Positions 10,222 to 20,648 are shown, numbered from the stretch's first letter. The stretch is DNA of 64,000 nt from Pelagibacteraceae bacterium (GCA_038124645.1 JAYPCI010000004.1:5489-69488); one strand, 5' to 3'. Notes: generated by a model from the letters alone, not told the origin. A program made the numbers and translations.

Positions 10222-11310
10222 TTACATCAACAAAAGTGCAATTAATCCAACTGCTATAATACCTGCAATTATCAATGAAAACGTAATGGTATTTTTGTTT
10301 GCTTTAATATTAAATTTACTAAAGACTGATAAATCTTGATCGCTTTGAGTTTGAATTCGACCACGACCTATTTCTAAAAACTTGTTTTTCCTATGTTCTA
10401 AAATTTCATCTCGGGACATACTATTAAAGAATTTTAAATTATTAATTATAGACTCCTTAATTCTACTAGCTGTTAATTCATGGTCTCGGTGAGCTCCACC
10501 TATTGGCTCCTTAACTATTTCATCAATAACTTTGAGTTCTAATAAATTTTGTGCAGTAAGCTTCATTGCCTCGGCTGCTTCGAGTGACTTACTTGGGTTT
10601 CGCCATAGAATAGATGCGCAGCCTTCAGGTGAGATAACTGAATAAATTGAATTTTCTAGCATAACAACTTTATTAGATGAGGCTAGAGCTATTGCTCCTC
10701 CTGATCCCCCTTCACCGATTATGATTGAAATATTAGGTACAGTTAAAGACATGCAACACTCTATTGCATGAGCGATTGCTGATGCTTGTCCTCGTTGCTC
10801 AGCGCCTATACCTGGATAAGCACCAGGTGTATCAATGAACGAAATGATTGGAATGTTAAATCTATCTGCAAGTTTCATTAATCTTATACTTTTTCTGTAA
10901 CCCTCGGGTCGCATCATGCCAAAGTTTCTTTTAATTCGAGAATTTAAATCGTCTCCTTTTTCCTGTCCAATAACCAAAACTGATTGCCCGTCAATGGTAC
11001 CAAAGCCGGCGATAACTGAGTTATCTTCAGAAAACAGACGATCGCCAGTTAGCATAGTGAAGTTTGAAATAATTTTATTAATATAAAAATTTGCTTTAGG
11101 TCTATCTTCATGTCTTGCTACAAGAGTCTTTTGCCAACTGTTAAGTTTTTGGTAAACTTGTGAAAGCTTGTTTTCAATTTCACTTTCTATTTTATCGATC
11201 TTATTAGTATCAACTTCTGATAGCCCTCCGGACTCATAAGGGCTTTTTAAGTTAACTAATTCTTGTTCTAATTTTTTTATATCTTTTTCAAATTCCAAAT
11301 AATTTTTCAT
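10222..11310 (-). CDS. accA: acetyl-CoA carboxylase carboxyltransferase alpha subunit with an extra C-terminal hydrophobic tail
   Basis: 362 aa. FIDTPGAYPGIGAEQRGQASAIA and IGEGGSGGAIA. There is a ~45-aa C-terminal extension ending ITFSLIIAGIIAVGLIALLLM. Confidence 0.92.
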   Translation of the reverse strand: MKNYLEFEKDIKKLEQELVNLKSPYESGGLSEVDTNKIDKIESEIENKLSQVYQKLNSWQKTLVARHEDRPKANFYINKIISNFTMLTGDRLFSEDNSVIAGFGTIDGQSVLVIGQEKGDDLNSRIKRNFGMMRPEGYRKSIRLMKLADRFNIPIISFIDTPGAYPGIGAEQRGQASAIAHAIECCMSLTVPNISIIIGEGGSGGAIALASSNKVVMLENSIYSVISPEGCASILWRNPSKSLEAAEAMKLTAQNLLELKVIDEIVKEPIGGAHRDHELTASRIKESIINNLKFFNSMSRDEILEHRKNKFLEIGRGRIQTQSDQDLSVFSKFNIKANKNTITFSLIIAGIIAVGLIALLLM

Positions 11311-11414
11311 ATTTAACTAATGATTCTTACATAATTATAATACAAAAACCTATAACGATACACTAGTTTAGATAATTGACTTTTGTATGCTTATAGTTCT
11401 AGTATCCTGCTTTA

Positions 11415-13565
11415 ATGATAAATATAGGCAAAACTAAGATTGATCCGCAACTGTATGAGTTCGTAAATAACTCAATAATTCCTGGTACAGAATTAGATCC
11501 AAAAGAGTTCTGGGAAGGTTTTATCAAAGTTACAAACGAATTAGCACCAATCAACAAAAAACTTTTGAAAAAAAGAGAAGAATTACAAAAAAACATAGAC
11601 GAATGGTTTAAAAAAAATAAAGATAACTTTAATTTTGATCAATATAAAAATTTTCTTAAAGAAATTGGCTATATCGTAGAGGAAAAAAGTAGTTTTAAGA
11701 TAAGTACAACAAATGTAGATGATGAGATTGCTAATATTGCTGGTCCACAATTAGTAGTTCCAATTGATAACGCTCGATATGCGCTCAACGCAGCAAATGC
11801 GCGGTGGGGCAGTTTGTATGATGCTTTTTACGGAACTGATATCCTTGACAGCAGTGACGGTTGTGAAATTACAAAAGAATACAATGCAAAGAGAGGTCAA
11901 AAAGTTATCAAAAAAGTAAGGGAACAATTAAATCAATTCTTTCCATTAACAGATGGAAATTGGGAAAATCTTAAATCTATTAATGTAAAAGATAACAAAT
12001 TAGAATTACACCTAGACAGCAAAATCGTTGGACTGAAAAACGAAAATCAATTTGCTGGCTACGTTGGCGATAAAGCCAAGCCAACAATCTTATTGTTAAA
12101 AAATCATAATTTACACATGGAAGTAAGATTTGATCCAAATAGTATGATTGGCAAGAGTGATGCCGCAGGTATATCTGATGTGATTGTTGAGTCAGCAATC
12201 TCAACAATTATGGATCTTGAAGACTCCGTTGCAGCGGTTGATGCAAAAGATAAAATTAAATGTTACGGAAATTGGTTAGGCATTATGCAAGGATCTCTTG
12301 AAGCTAGCATGGAGAAAAATGGAAAAAAAATTGTCAGAAAATTAAATCGAGACCGAGAGTATTTAGATAAAAATGGAAAAAAAATTAAATTACATGGTAG
12401 AGCGCTACTATTAGTTAGAAATGTTGGTCACTTGATGACTAATCCAGCCATCATACTTGATGATGGTAGCGAAATCCCTGAAGGGATCATGGATGCCTTT
12501 ATAACTGTTCTTTGCGCAAAACATGATTTTAAAAATAAAAAAAATTCTAGAAAGGGATCTGTATATATTGTCAAACCAAAGATGCATGGTCCTGAAGAAG
12601 TGGCTTTTGCTGATAAAATATTTTCAGAAGTTGAAAAAGTACTTAATTTAAATCCGAATACCATAAAAATTGGAATTATGGATGAAGAAAGAAGAACAAC
12701 AATTAACCTTAAAGAATGTATTAGAGCTGCACAAAAGAGATTGGTTTTTATTAATACAGGTTTCTTAGATAGAACAGGAGATGAGATGCATACTTCTTTT
12801 GAATATGGCCCGATGATTTTTAAAGGTGATATGAAAAAATCAAAGTGGTTAACTTCCTACGAGAACTGGAATGTAGATATTGGTCTTGAATGTGGTTTAT
12901 CAGGCAAAGCACAGATCGGAAAAGGAATGTGGGCAATGCCAGACAAAATGAAAGATATGTTAGATCAAAAAATTGGTCACCCAAATGCTGGCGCGAATTG
13001 TGCTTGGGTCCCTTCTCCAACAGCAGCCACATTACATTCTTTGCACTATCATCAGGTTGATGTATTTAAAAAACAAAATACTTTAACTTCTAGAGCCAAA
13101 GCAAATATAGATGACATCCTATCTATTCCAGTTGCAAGCAAACCTAACTGGAGCCAAGAACAAATTACAAAAGAAATTGAAAATAATGCTCAAGGTATTT
13201 TAGGTTATGTGGTGCGATGGGTCGACCAAGGAGTTGGTTGTTCTAAAGTGCCTGATATTAATAATGTTGGTTTGATGGAAGATAGAGCTACTTTAAGAAT
13301 TTCTTCACAACACATTGCTAACTGGCTTTATCATAAGGTAGTGAATAAAGAACAAGTGATGAAAGTGATGCAAAAAATGGCTAAAATTGTTGATGAACAA
13401 AATAAAAATGACAAAAATTATGTGCCAATGGCTAATGATTTTAAAAATTCAATCGCCTTTAAGGCTGCTTGTGATTTGGTTTTTGAGGGTAAAGCTCAAC
13501 CATCTGGTTACACAGAACCTATCTTGCATAAAAAAAGGTTAGAAAAAAAATCTATTTCGGTTTAG
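11415..13565 (+). CDS. glcB: malate synthase G
   Basis: 716 aa, the typical MSG length. Matching segments include [28 protein letters not shown] and [15 protein letters not shown]. Confidence 0.93.
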   Translation: MINIGKTKIDPQLYEFVNNSIIPGTELDPKEFWEGFIKVTNELAPINKKLLKKREELQKNIDEWFKKNKDNFNFDQYKNFLKEIGYIVEEKSSFKISTTNVDDEIANIAGPQLVVPIDNARYALNAANARWGSLYDAFYGTDILDSSDGCEITKEYNAKRGQKVIKKVREQLNQFFPLTDGNWENLKSINVKDNKLELHLDSKIVGLKNENQFAGYVGDKAKPTILLLKNHNLHMEVRFDPNSMIGKSDAAGISDVIVESAISTIMDLEDSVAAVDAKDKIKCYGNWLGIMQGSLEASMEKNGKKIVRKLNRDREYLDKNGKKIKLHGRALLLVRNVGHLMTNPAIILDDGSEIPEGIMDAFITVLCAKHDFKNKKNSRKGSVYIVKPKMHGPEEVAFADKIFSEVEKVLNLNPNTIKIGIMDEERRTTINLKECIRAAQKRLVFINTGFLDRTGDEMHTSFEYGPMIFKGDMKKSKWLTSYENWNVDIGLECGLSGKAQIGKGMWAMPDKMKDMLDQKIGHPNAGANCAWVPSPTAATLHSLHYHQVDVFKKQNTLTSRAKANIDDILSIPVASKPNWSQEQITKEIENNAQGILGYVVRWVDQGVGCSKVPDINNVGLMEDRATLRISSQHIANWLYHKVVNKEQVMKVMQKMAKIVDEQNKNDKNYVPMANDFKNSIAFKAACDLVFEGKAQPSGYTEPILHKKRLEKKSISV

Positions 13566-14163
13566 TGGTTACAGGTACCCGATTGTTAAAAGCAGAAAGT
13601 AGAGTGCCATCATCCAATTGCTCGATCTCACCGCCCACAGGTATGCCAAGTCCTAATTTGGTAATCTTCACTTTGTGATCCTTAATTAAATTTTCAATAT
13701 AATGGGCGGTAGTTTGCCCCTCAATAGTGGCGCTAGTAGCAATGATGACTTCTTTAAAATTATTATTTTTAACCCTTTTTTCCAAAGACTCCATGAGTGT
13801 TTTGCCTTGTTCGAATGCACCATTACTCGTTAAATTTCCCCCTAAAATATGAAAGCTGCCTTTAAAAATATTAGCTGACTCAATCGTCCACATATCGGCT
13901 AAACTTTCAACTACGCAAAGTTTTTCAACACCATTTTTACTAAAACATTTGCACTGGTCATTTAACATTTTGAGATTGCCACACTCTTTACAACTTTCAA
14001 TATTTTTTAAAACTTTTACTAAAGCATTAGCTAAGGGTTTACCTAATGTTTCATTATGATTGATTATTTTTAAAACAATTCTTTTAGCTGACTTAGGTCC
14101 TAAGCCAGGTAATTTTGCTATTTGTTTAATTAAATTTTCTATTTCAGGAATATTATTTTGCAT
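13552..14163 (-). CDS. recR: recombination protein RecR
   Basis: 203 aa. HhH ([11 protein letters not shown]), Cys4 zinc finger (CKECGNL...CKC) and a Toprim region. dnaX-ybaB-recR synteny. Confidence 0.93.
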   Translation of the reverse strand: MQNNIPEIENLIKQIAKLPGLGPKSAKRIVLKIINHNETLGKPLANALVKVLKNIESCKECGNLKMLNDQCKCFSKNGVEKLCVVESLADMWTIESANIFKGSFHILGGNLTSNGAFEQGKTLMESLEKRVKNNNFKEVIIATSATIEGQTTAHYIENLIKDHKVKITKLGLGIPVGGEIEQLDDGTLLSAFNNRVPVTTKPK

Positions 14164-14166
14164 AAC

Positions 14167-14487
14167 CTAAAGTGGAAATTTAAGGTCAAATGGAAGCTTG
14201 ATCCCCCCAGTAACCTCAAGCAACTTCTGGGCAGACTCTTTTTTTAATTTATCTTTAGCATCATTATAAGCTGCTATGATCAAATCATTGATCAGTTCTT
14301 GACTTTCAGTTTTAGCTTCTGGAGCAATGCTAATCGTTTTGATTTCATGTTCACCGCTCAATTTAACTTTTACCAGTCCACCCCCGGAAACTCCTTCGAC
14401 CTCAATTTTTTTTATATCTTCTTGAACTTTTTTGATTTTTTCTTGCATAGCTTTTGCTTGGCTAAGCATCCCAGTAAAGTCAGTCAT
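14167..14487 (-). CDS. ybaB: nucleoid-associated protein YbaB/EbfC
   Basis: 106 aa. MLSQAKAMQEKIKKVQEDIKKIEVEGVSGGGLVKV. Conserved position between dnaX and recR. Confidence 0.9.
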   Translation of the reverse strand: MTDFTGMLSQAKAMQEKIKKVQEDIKKIEVEGVSGGGLVKVKLSGEHEIKTISIAPEAKTESQELINDLIIAAYNDAKDKLKKESAQKLLEVTGGIKLPFDLKFPL

Positions 14488-16171
14488 TGTTTTTATCGAT
14501 ATTTTTAATATCAGTTAATTCTATCTGATCAAAAGTTTTTAATATTTTTTTTACCTCGTCTGCATTTTTTAGATCTTTAATAGTATTTTGTTTATCAATG
14601 ATCTTTTGATCATAAATTGATTTGAGCCCCTCTTTTTGACTTAATGAAATGATCCATCTAGTATTAGTCCACTCATAAAGTTTATTGGCTAAATGTTTAA
14701 TAAAGTTTTTACTTAATTTTGGGTTAAAGCTTATTTCTATTTTATTTTGCTCAAAAGCTATCAGATTAACATTTCGTTCTAGATCAAAGAGTAGATCAAA
14801 TTCATTATTTGACTTTGCTATATTAATAAGATCCTGAAAGCTTTTTATTTCTAATTTATTGTTTGTTAAAACGTTTACCTGATTAATCGGTTTGTTATCC
14901 ATATCAATCTCTTCTTGATTGAGGCTTTTTAATTGGTCTTTAAATTTATTTTCTGGATTCATTTGAGAACTTGAACGAATGTTATTCTCAATAGGTGCTA
15001 AGTTTTGCTTATCAGTTAGATCTGTTGATATTTTTTGTTCAGCACTAAGTCCTCTAACATGAGTCATTTCAATGATATACATCTCAAGATTAATTTTTTC
15101 ATTATTTGAGAAATTTAGATTTTCAATTGCCTTGATAGTTAAATGCCAAAATAAATTTAAATCTTCAATTTGAATGTTTTTAATGGATTCATTAATCAGC
15201 TTTATCTCAGTCTCAGTAAGTGAGCGATCCTTTGTGGGTATACCAAAGACTACACCTCGTGAGAAAAGATAAATCACCTCTAACAGGTCATTCAGAATAT
15301 TACGAGCATCAACCCCGTTATCTAAAAATTGATTTATAACACTAACTGCTTCTTCAGTTTTGCCTTGTAGAATAATATTTAATAATTTAATAACCTCGGT
15401 TTTATTATTAATTCCTAGGATTTTAATAACTTCTTCTTCTTTTAATTCACCTTTAGTTTCTCTCAATTTTGTGAAGAGTATAACTCTATCTAATAGAGAA
15501 ACGGCATCTCTAACTGAACCCTCTGACTGCATGCTTATAATATTTATAATGGATTCACTTAACAAAATTTTTTCAATCTCTAGAATTTTCTTTAAATGTT
15601 TACTAATATTTTCAATCGATACTCTTTTTAAATCTAGACGCTGACATCTTGACAAAATTGTAATAGGTATTTTTCTAACCTCGGTCGTTGCTAAAACAAA
15701 TTTTAATCTTGAAGGAGGTTCTTCTAATGTTTTTAATAAGCCATTAAAAGCTTGCTTCGATAACATGTGTACCTCATCGATAATAAAGATTTTGTATTTA
15801 CCGCTAGTAGGACTGTATTTAGCATTTTCAATAATTTCTCGAACATCATCAATTCCTGTTTTAGATGCCGCATCTATCTCAATAACATCCATGTGGTTCG
15901 ATGCAGCAATCTCAAGGCAATGGCAATATGTTCCCTTTGGACACTGAATATTTTTAGTAAAATCATTATTACAGTTTAAGGCTTTAGCAATAAGGCGAGC
16001 AGTAGTTGTTTTACCAACTCCTCGAATCCCGGTAAGCAGATAAGCATTAGGAGTTTTATTTTGTTGAATACCGTTTAAAATAATTTCTGCAGCTATTTCT
16101 TGTCCGATTAAATCTTTAAAACTTTGAGGACGATATTTAAGTGCTAAAATTTTATTATTATTGCTCATCAT
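14480..16171 (-). CDS. dnaX: DNA polymerase III subunit tau/gamma
   Basis: 563 aa. KYRPQSFKDLIGQE, Walker A GIRGVGKTTTARL, a zinc module (C..C...CHC) and DEVHMLS. Confidence 0.93.
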   Translation of the reverse strand: MMSNNNKILALKYRPQSFKDLIGQEIAAEIILNGIQQNKTPNAYLLTGIRGVGKTTTARLIAKALNCNNDFTKNIQCPKGTYCHCLEIAASNHMDVIEIDAASKTGIDDVREIIENAKYSPTSGKYKIFIIDEVHMLSKQAFNGLLKTLEEPPSRLKFVLATTEVRKIPITILSRCQRLDLKRVSIENISKHLKKILEIEKILLSESIINIISMQSEGSVRDAVSLLDRVILFTKLRETKGELKEEEVIKILGINNKTEVIKLLNIILQGKTEEAVSVINQFLDNGVDARNILNDLLEVIYLFSRGVVFGIPTKDRSLTETEIKLINESIKNIQIEDLNLFWHLTIKAIENLNFSNNEKINLEMYIIEMTHVRGLSAEQKISTDLTDKQNLAPIENNIRSSSQMNPENKFKDQLKSLNQEEIDMDNKPINQVNVLTNNKLEIKSFQDLINIAKSNNEFDLLFDLERNVNLIAFEQNKIEISFNPKLSKNFIKHLANKLYEWTNTRWIISLSQKEGLKSIYDQKIIDKQNTIKDLKNADEVKKILKTFDQIELTDIKNIDKNND

Positions 16172-16178
16172 AATTTAA

Positions 16179-16270
16179 GGAGGCAGGCAACAACCTGAAA
16201 TATTTTCATTTCGGCTGCTTCTTTTCAGACCTGACCGGCTAGATGAAACTTCCACCTGATGCCAACCTCC
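16179..16270 (-). ncRNA. ffs: signal recognition particle RNA (small 4.5S type)
   Basis: Minus strand: GGAGGUUGGCAUCAGGUGGAAGUUUCAUCUAGCCGGUCAGGUCUGAAAAGAAGCAGCCGAAAUGAAAAUAUUUCAGGUUGUUGCCUGCCUCC. It contains the conserved domain IV core GGUCAGGUC-GAA-AGCAGCC, and the 5' and 3' ends pair (GGAGG/CCUCC). Classic ffs-dnaX synteny. Ends are approximate. Confidence 0.8.
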
Positions 16271-16326
16271 AGAGTATTATAACAATATAAAGACTAGGAC
16301 TACAAGATTAAGATCGATTTTGTGGA

Positions 16327-17169
16327 CTATTTTTTTCTGAAATTCGAAGCTTCATAGACGCCCAAGATATCCATGCTCTCCGTATGAAAGGAAAGTTCCT
16401 CTAATGCTTTTTGCACTGGTTTTTGTTCAAGGTGTCCTTCTAAATCTAGATAAAAGTTTACTTGATCAAAAGTATTTTTGACTGAAAAACTTTCAAGTTT
16501 AGTCATGTTAATTTGATTAGTAGCAAATCCACCTAAACTTTTGTAAAGCGCAGCTGGTTCACTTTTTAACATAAATATACAAGAGGTAATAAATTTTTTA
16601 CCAGATGAATATTCAGGTTGGATTTTATTTTTTCCCATAATTAGAAAACGGGTAATATTACCTTTTTCATCCTCAATATTATTTTGTAGAATCTCTAAAT
16701 TATAAATTTTAGCAGCTAATTTTGAAGCGATTGCCGCTATATGTTTGTCATTACTTTCAGCAAGATCTTTAGCTGAACCAGCCGTGTCTGCAGAAATAAT
16801 TGTTTTAAAATTATTTTTTTCTATAAATTGTCTACACTGGTCAATAGCTTGGGAATGGCTTCTAATATATTGTATATCTTTTAATCCTATTCCTTTTTTT
16901 ACTAATAGATTATGTTCCACGGTTTGATAATGTTCTCCGTAGATTTGTAATTTGTATTTTGGTAACAAATAATGAATATCTGCCACCCTACCTGCTAGTG
17001 AATTTTCTAATGGTATCACTATATTAATGTTCTCATTATCATTAGCCAATCTGAATGTTTCTTCAAAAGTAGTGCAGGTCACGACTTCAGCATTATCACC
17101 AAACAAGCTGTTAATTGCTAAGTGTGAGTAAGCTCCTAGTTCACCTTGGAATGCAAATTTTTTAGCCAT
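16327..17169 (-). CDS. pheA: prephenate dehydratase
   Basis: 280 aa. PDT domain (FQGELGAYSHLA, TRFLIMGK) plus a C-terminal ACT-like region. Overlaps kdsB by 8 nt. Confidence 0.88.
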   Translation of the reverse strand: MAKKFAFQGELGAYSHLAINSLFGDNAEVVTCTTFEETFRLANDNENINIVIPLENSLAGRVADIHYLLPKYKLQIYGEHYQTVEHNLLVKKGIGLKDIQYIRSHSQAIDQCRQFIEKNNFKTIISADTAGSAKDLAESNDKHIAAIASKLAAKIYNLEILQNNIEDEKGNITRFLIMGKNKIQPEYSSGKKFITSCIFMLKSEPAALYKSLGGFATNQINMTKLESFSVKNTFDQVNFYLDLEGHLEQKPVQKALEELSFHTESMDILGVYEASNFRKK

Positions 17170-17905
17170 TAGAGTTCTCCATTAATTTTTTAACTGCTTG
17201 TAAATCTTCGGCAGTGTCTACGCTTAAAGGCATATTTTTAACATAACCTACTTTTATTTCTATATCATTTTCAAAAGCTCGTAACTGCTCAAGATTTCGT
17301 TCCTTTTCCATTTTAGATCTTGGTAAATTCACAAATTTTTTTAGACAGTCTTTTTTAAAAGCATAAATACCAATATGGTGGTACAAAGTTTTACGGTTTA
17401 GATTATCAGATACTCTAAAAAAATCTATCGCCTTCTTAAATTCCTGAGACTGCTCAAAAGAGTTTTTAATTTCAACCTTAACGACGTTAGAATTAGTTAA
17501 CTCTTCTTTTGTCAGATCTGAGGCTAATGTAGCTAATAAAGTCTTACTAGTTTTCATATAATTGATTAAATTTTCAATGTCGCTGGTCACTATATTGGGC
17601 ATATCGCCTTGAAGATTAATAATGATCTCTGGAACAAATTTGAACATTTTTTCATAAACTTCAAAAACCCTATCAGTGCCTGTTTCATGATTTTTTTCAG
17701 TCAAATAGGATAAACCACCTTTGGCTTGAATTAATTCATGAATTTCTTTATCAGGGGTAGCGATAATCGTTTTAGCATTTTTAACTTGGTTTGCTCTTTC
17801 AAAAACATGGAGAATCATTTCTTTACCGTCAATTTTTAATAGTGGTTTATTTGGCAACCTGGTTGCAGCAAGTCGGGTCGGGATAATTATTACAACTTCA
17901 CTCAT
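17162..17905 (-). CDS. kdsB: 3-deoxy-manno-octulosonate cytidylyltransferase (CMP-Kdo synthetase)
   Basis: 247 aa. IIPTRLAATRLPNKPL and LQGDMP. Confidence 0.9.
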   Translation of the reverse strand: MSEVVIIIPTRLAATRLPNKPLLKIDGKEMILHVFERANQVKNAKTIIATPDKEIHELIQAKGGLSYLTEKNHETGTDRVFEVYEKMFKFVPEIIINLQGDMPNIVTSDIENLINYMKTSKTLLATLASDLTKEELTNSNVVKVEIKNSFEQSQEFKKAIDFFRVSDNLNRKTLYHHIGIYAFKKDCLKKFVNLPRSKMEKERNLEQLRAFENDIEIKVGYVKNMPLSVDTAEDLQAVKKLMENSNG

Positions 17906-17996
17906 AAATATGCGTCTCTAAGACGCAAAATAATATCTTCTTTTAAGTTTTAATTATTTAAGACATGCTATAAAACACCTATTAAATAGCAAAATT

Positions 17997-18545
17997 ATGG
18001 ACGGTTTTGAATTAAATAAAATAATCGCTGCTGTGCTTTTATCTGCTTTATTGATTATTGGAATTAACAAATTGGGCAGCATAGTATTTCATGTAGAAAA
18101 GCCAGAAAAATCTGCTTATGAAATTGAAGGTGTAGAAACAGCCGTAACCTCTGCTGACGCTAATGCTCAAGGGGAAAAAGTAGTAGAGGTCGTTGACATC
18201 AAACAGGTGCTTGCTGCAGGTGATCTCGCGCATGGTGAAAATGTTTTTAAAAAATGTTCTGCGTGTCACATTATTGAAAAAGGCGGAAAAAACCTAATCG
18301 GTCCTGCTTTGTATGGAGTTGTAGGTCGTGATGTTGCTGCTATTGGTGATTATGCTTATTCTGATGCTTTTAAAACATATGGAAAAAAATGGTCATTTGA
18401 AGAATTAAATGGTTTCCTTTTAAAACCCGCTGCTTACATCAAAGGAACCAAAATGGCATTCGCAGGATTAAAAAAAGAAAAAGACCGAGCGTCTGTAATT
18501 TTATATTTGAATTCTAAAAGCGATAGTCCTTTACCGCTTCCTTAA
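17997..18545 (+). CDS. cycM: membrane-anchored c-type cytochrome (CycM-like)
   Basis: 182 aa. N-terminal TM helix, heme motif CSACH, and a class I cytochrome c fold (GPALYGVVGR...MAFAGLKK). Confidence 0.85.
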   Translation: MDGFELNKIIAAVLLSALLIIGINKLGSIVFHVEKPEKSAYEIEGVETAVTSADANAQGEKVVEVVDIKQVLAAGDLAHGENVFKKCSACHIIEKGGKNLIGPALYGVVGRDVAAIGDYAYSDAFKTYGKKWSFEELNGFLLKPAAYIKGTKMAFAGLKKEKDRASVILYLNSKSDSPLPLP

Positions 18546-18547
18546 AC

Positions 18548-19477
18548 TTAACTATTCAAACACCAAAGAATTATACTTTTTTGGATATGCAATCTATTAA
18601 GTGCTTGTTGCCAAACAACTGATTGTTTACCATCAATAACCTCATCGGTAACTTCCTCACCTCTGCCGACAGGTAAACAATGCATAAAAACTGCATTCGA
18701 TTTTGCAGCTAGCATTAATTTTTTGTTTACTTGGAATTTTTTTAAATCTTTCTTTTTTTTAGATTTGTTCACTTTATCATTCATAGAAACCCATTTATCA
18801 GTCATAACGCAATCTGCATCGGTTACAGCTTTTAGAGGATCGTCTAAAATTTTGATGTTATCTATTTTACTGCCAAATTGTTTTAAGAAATTTTTATTTG
18901 GCTGATATTTTTTTGGACTAGCAATTTTAAGATTAAAATTTAATTTTACAGCTGCCTCAATCCACGAATTAGACATATTGTTATTACCGTCACCGACCCA
19001 AGCAAGTGTTTTTCCAGAAATATCACCCACACATTCCTCAAAAGTCAGAATGTCAGCCATGATCTGACAGGGATGACTTATCTCTGATAAACCATTGATG
19101 ATGGGAATGGTTGCATGTTTACCCATCTCCTCTAAGTTCTTGTGTGCTGAAGTTCTGATCATCAATATGTCAGTGTACTCTGACATTACTTTAGCCGTAT
19201 CTTTAAGAGTTTCATCGCCTCTGCCATAATGAATGCTTTGCGGATCAAGAATAATTGTATCTCCACCTAATTGCTTTACAGCTAATTCAAAAGAGATTCT
19301 GGTTCTCGTTGAGGGTTTTTCAAAAATTAAAACCATGGATTTACCCGCCATAGGCAAGTCATTATCCCTTTGCGCTTTAGTAAAACCTGATCTATTATTT
19401 TTTCTTTGTTTTGCTTTTTCAATAATATTTCTAAGCTCAACTGATGAAACGTCAGCTATATTTAAAAAATTTCTCAT
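18548..19477 (-). CDS. argF: ornithine carbamoyltransferase
   Basis: 309 aa. STRTR, HPCQ and HCLP motifs. Confidence 0.93.
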   Translation of the reverse strand: MRNFLNIADVSSVELRNIIEKAKQRKNNRSGFTKAQRDNDLPMAGKSMVLIFEKPSTRTRISFELAVKQLGGDTIILDPQSIHYGRGDETLKDTAKVMSEYTDILMIRTSAHKNLEEMGKHATIPIINGLSEISHPCQIMADILTFEECVGDISGKTLAWVGDGNNNMSNSWIEAAVKLNFNLKIASPKKYQPNKNFLKQFGSKIDNIKILDDPLKAVTDADCVMTDKWVSMNDKVNKSKKKKDLKKFQVNKKLMLAAKSNAVFMHCLPVGRGEEVTDEVIDGKQSVVWQQALNRLHIQKSIILWCLNS

Positions 19478-20646
19478 TTAAAACTTTTGCACACTTTCTT
19501 TATGATTTCTATTGCAATATCTATTTCTTGATTACTAACGGTGAGAGGTGGCAAAATTCTGACAACATTATCAGCAGCTTTGACCACTAATAATTTTTCT
19601 TTAAGTAATAGTTCAATAAACTTAGGTTGGCTAACACACAATTTTAAACCTATGAGCAAGCCTCTGCCTCTTACTTCCTCGATCACATTGGGATACATTA
19701 ATTGTATTAACTTTAATTTGTTCTGAAAATAATTACCTTTGATCTCAACATTTTTTAAAAAATTCTTAGCTAACAGTGTCTCTAATACAGCATTGCCCAC
19801 TGTCATAGCTAAAGGATTACCACCAAAGGTAGAGCCATGCGAACCTGGGGTCATACCTTTAGCAACTTTTTTACTCATTAGACAAGCGCCTAAAGGAAAT
19901 CCACCACCAATCCCTTTGGCGATAGGAACAATATCAGGTTTAATACCAGCATATTCAAAAGCGAAAAACTTACCCGTTCTACCAATACCGCACTGTACTT
20001 CGTCTAAAATTAATAAAATATTTTTTTTATCACAAAGTTTTCTTAATCCTTTAAGACAAACATCAGGGATAACTTTAATTCCACCTTCACCTAAAATTGT
20101 TTCAACCATGATTGCAGCTGTTTTTTTAGTAATCTTTTTTTCTAATTCCTTGTGATCGCCAAATTCAAAATGGTCAAAACCCTCAACTTTAGGACCAAAA
20201 CCTTCAATTGAATTCTTGTTATTACTAGCAAAAATAGTAGCGAGTGTTCTTCCATGAAAACTATTTTGAATACATAAAATTCTATTTTTATTTTTTTGCC
20301 CTTTGGCATAATGATATTTTCTTGCAATCTTAATAGCTAATTCGGTTGCTTCAGCACCTGAATTTTGAAACGCCACAAAATCAGCAAAGGTTGCTTTAGT
20401 CAGTCTAGTCGCTAATTTTTCTTGTTCTTGAATTTTAAATACGTTAGAGACATGCCATAATTTTTTTGATTGTTTATTAATTGCTTTAACTAAATTTGGA
20501 TGGCAGTGCCCTAAAGAATTAACAGCAATTCCCTGCACAAAATCTAAATACTTCTTACCATTAGAAGAGTAAAGATAAGAACCTTTGCCTCTGACAAATT
20601 GAATATTTCTTCTATTGTATGTATTTAAAACAGACTTCATGCTCAA
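19474..20646 (-). CDS. argD: acetylornithine aminotransferase (class III PLP aminotransferase)
   Basis: 390 aa. NSGAEATE and DEVQCGIGRTGK. 4-nt overlap with argF. Confidence 0.9.
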   Translation of the reverse strand: MSMKSVLNTYNRRNIQFVRGKGSYLYSSNGKKYLDFVQGIAVNSLGHCHPNLVKAINKQSKKLWHVSNVFKIQEQEKLATRLTKATFADFVAFQNSGAEATELAIKIARKYHYAKGQKNKNRILCIQNSFHGRTLATIFASNNKNSIEGFGPKVEGFDHFEFGDHKELEKKITKKTAAIMVETILGEGGIKVIPDVCLKGLRKLCDKKNILLILDEVQCGIGRTGKFFAFEYAGIKPDIVPIAKGIGGGFPLGACLMSKKVAKGMTPGSHGSTFGGNPLAMTVGNAVLETLLAKNFLKNVEIKGNYFQNKLKLIQLMYPNVIEEVRGRGLLIGLKLCVSQPKFIELLLKEKLLVVKAADNVVRILPPLTVSNQEIDIAIEIIKKVCKSFK

Positions 20647-20648
20647 TG

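Noticed and set aside
14480-16171. A programmed -1 frameshift site in dnaX (tau/gamma).
   Set aside because: A visual scan of the coding strand found no canonical A-AAA-AAG heptamer followed by a hairpin, only A5-6 runs in other contexts. I cannot exclude a non-canonical site without a systematic search.
19739-20155. A 138-aa ORF antisense to argD. Similar antisense ORFs lie at 30173-30472, 31250-31633, 33897-34238, 35388-35654, 40924-41232, 57951-58400 and 61275-61676.
   Set aside because: Each lies wholly inside a confidently identified gene on the other strand. None has a recognisable domain or independent start context, so I treat them as frame shadows.
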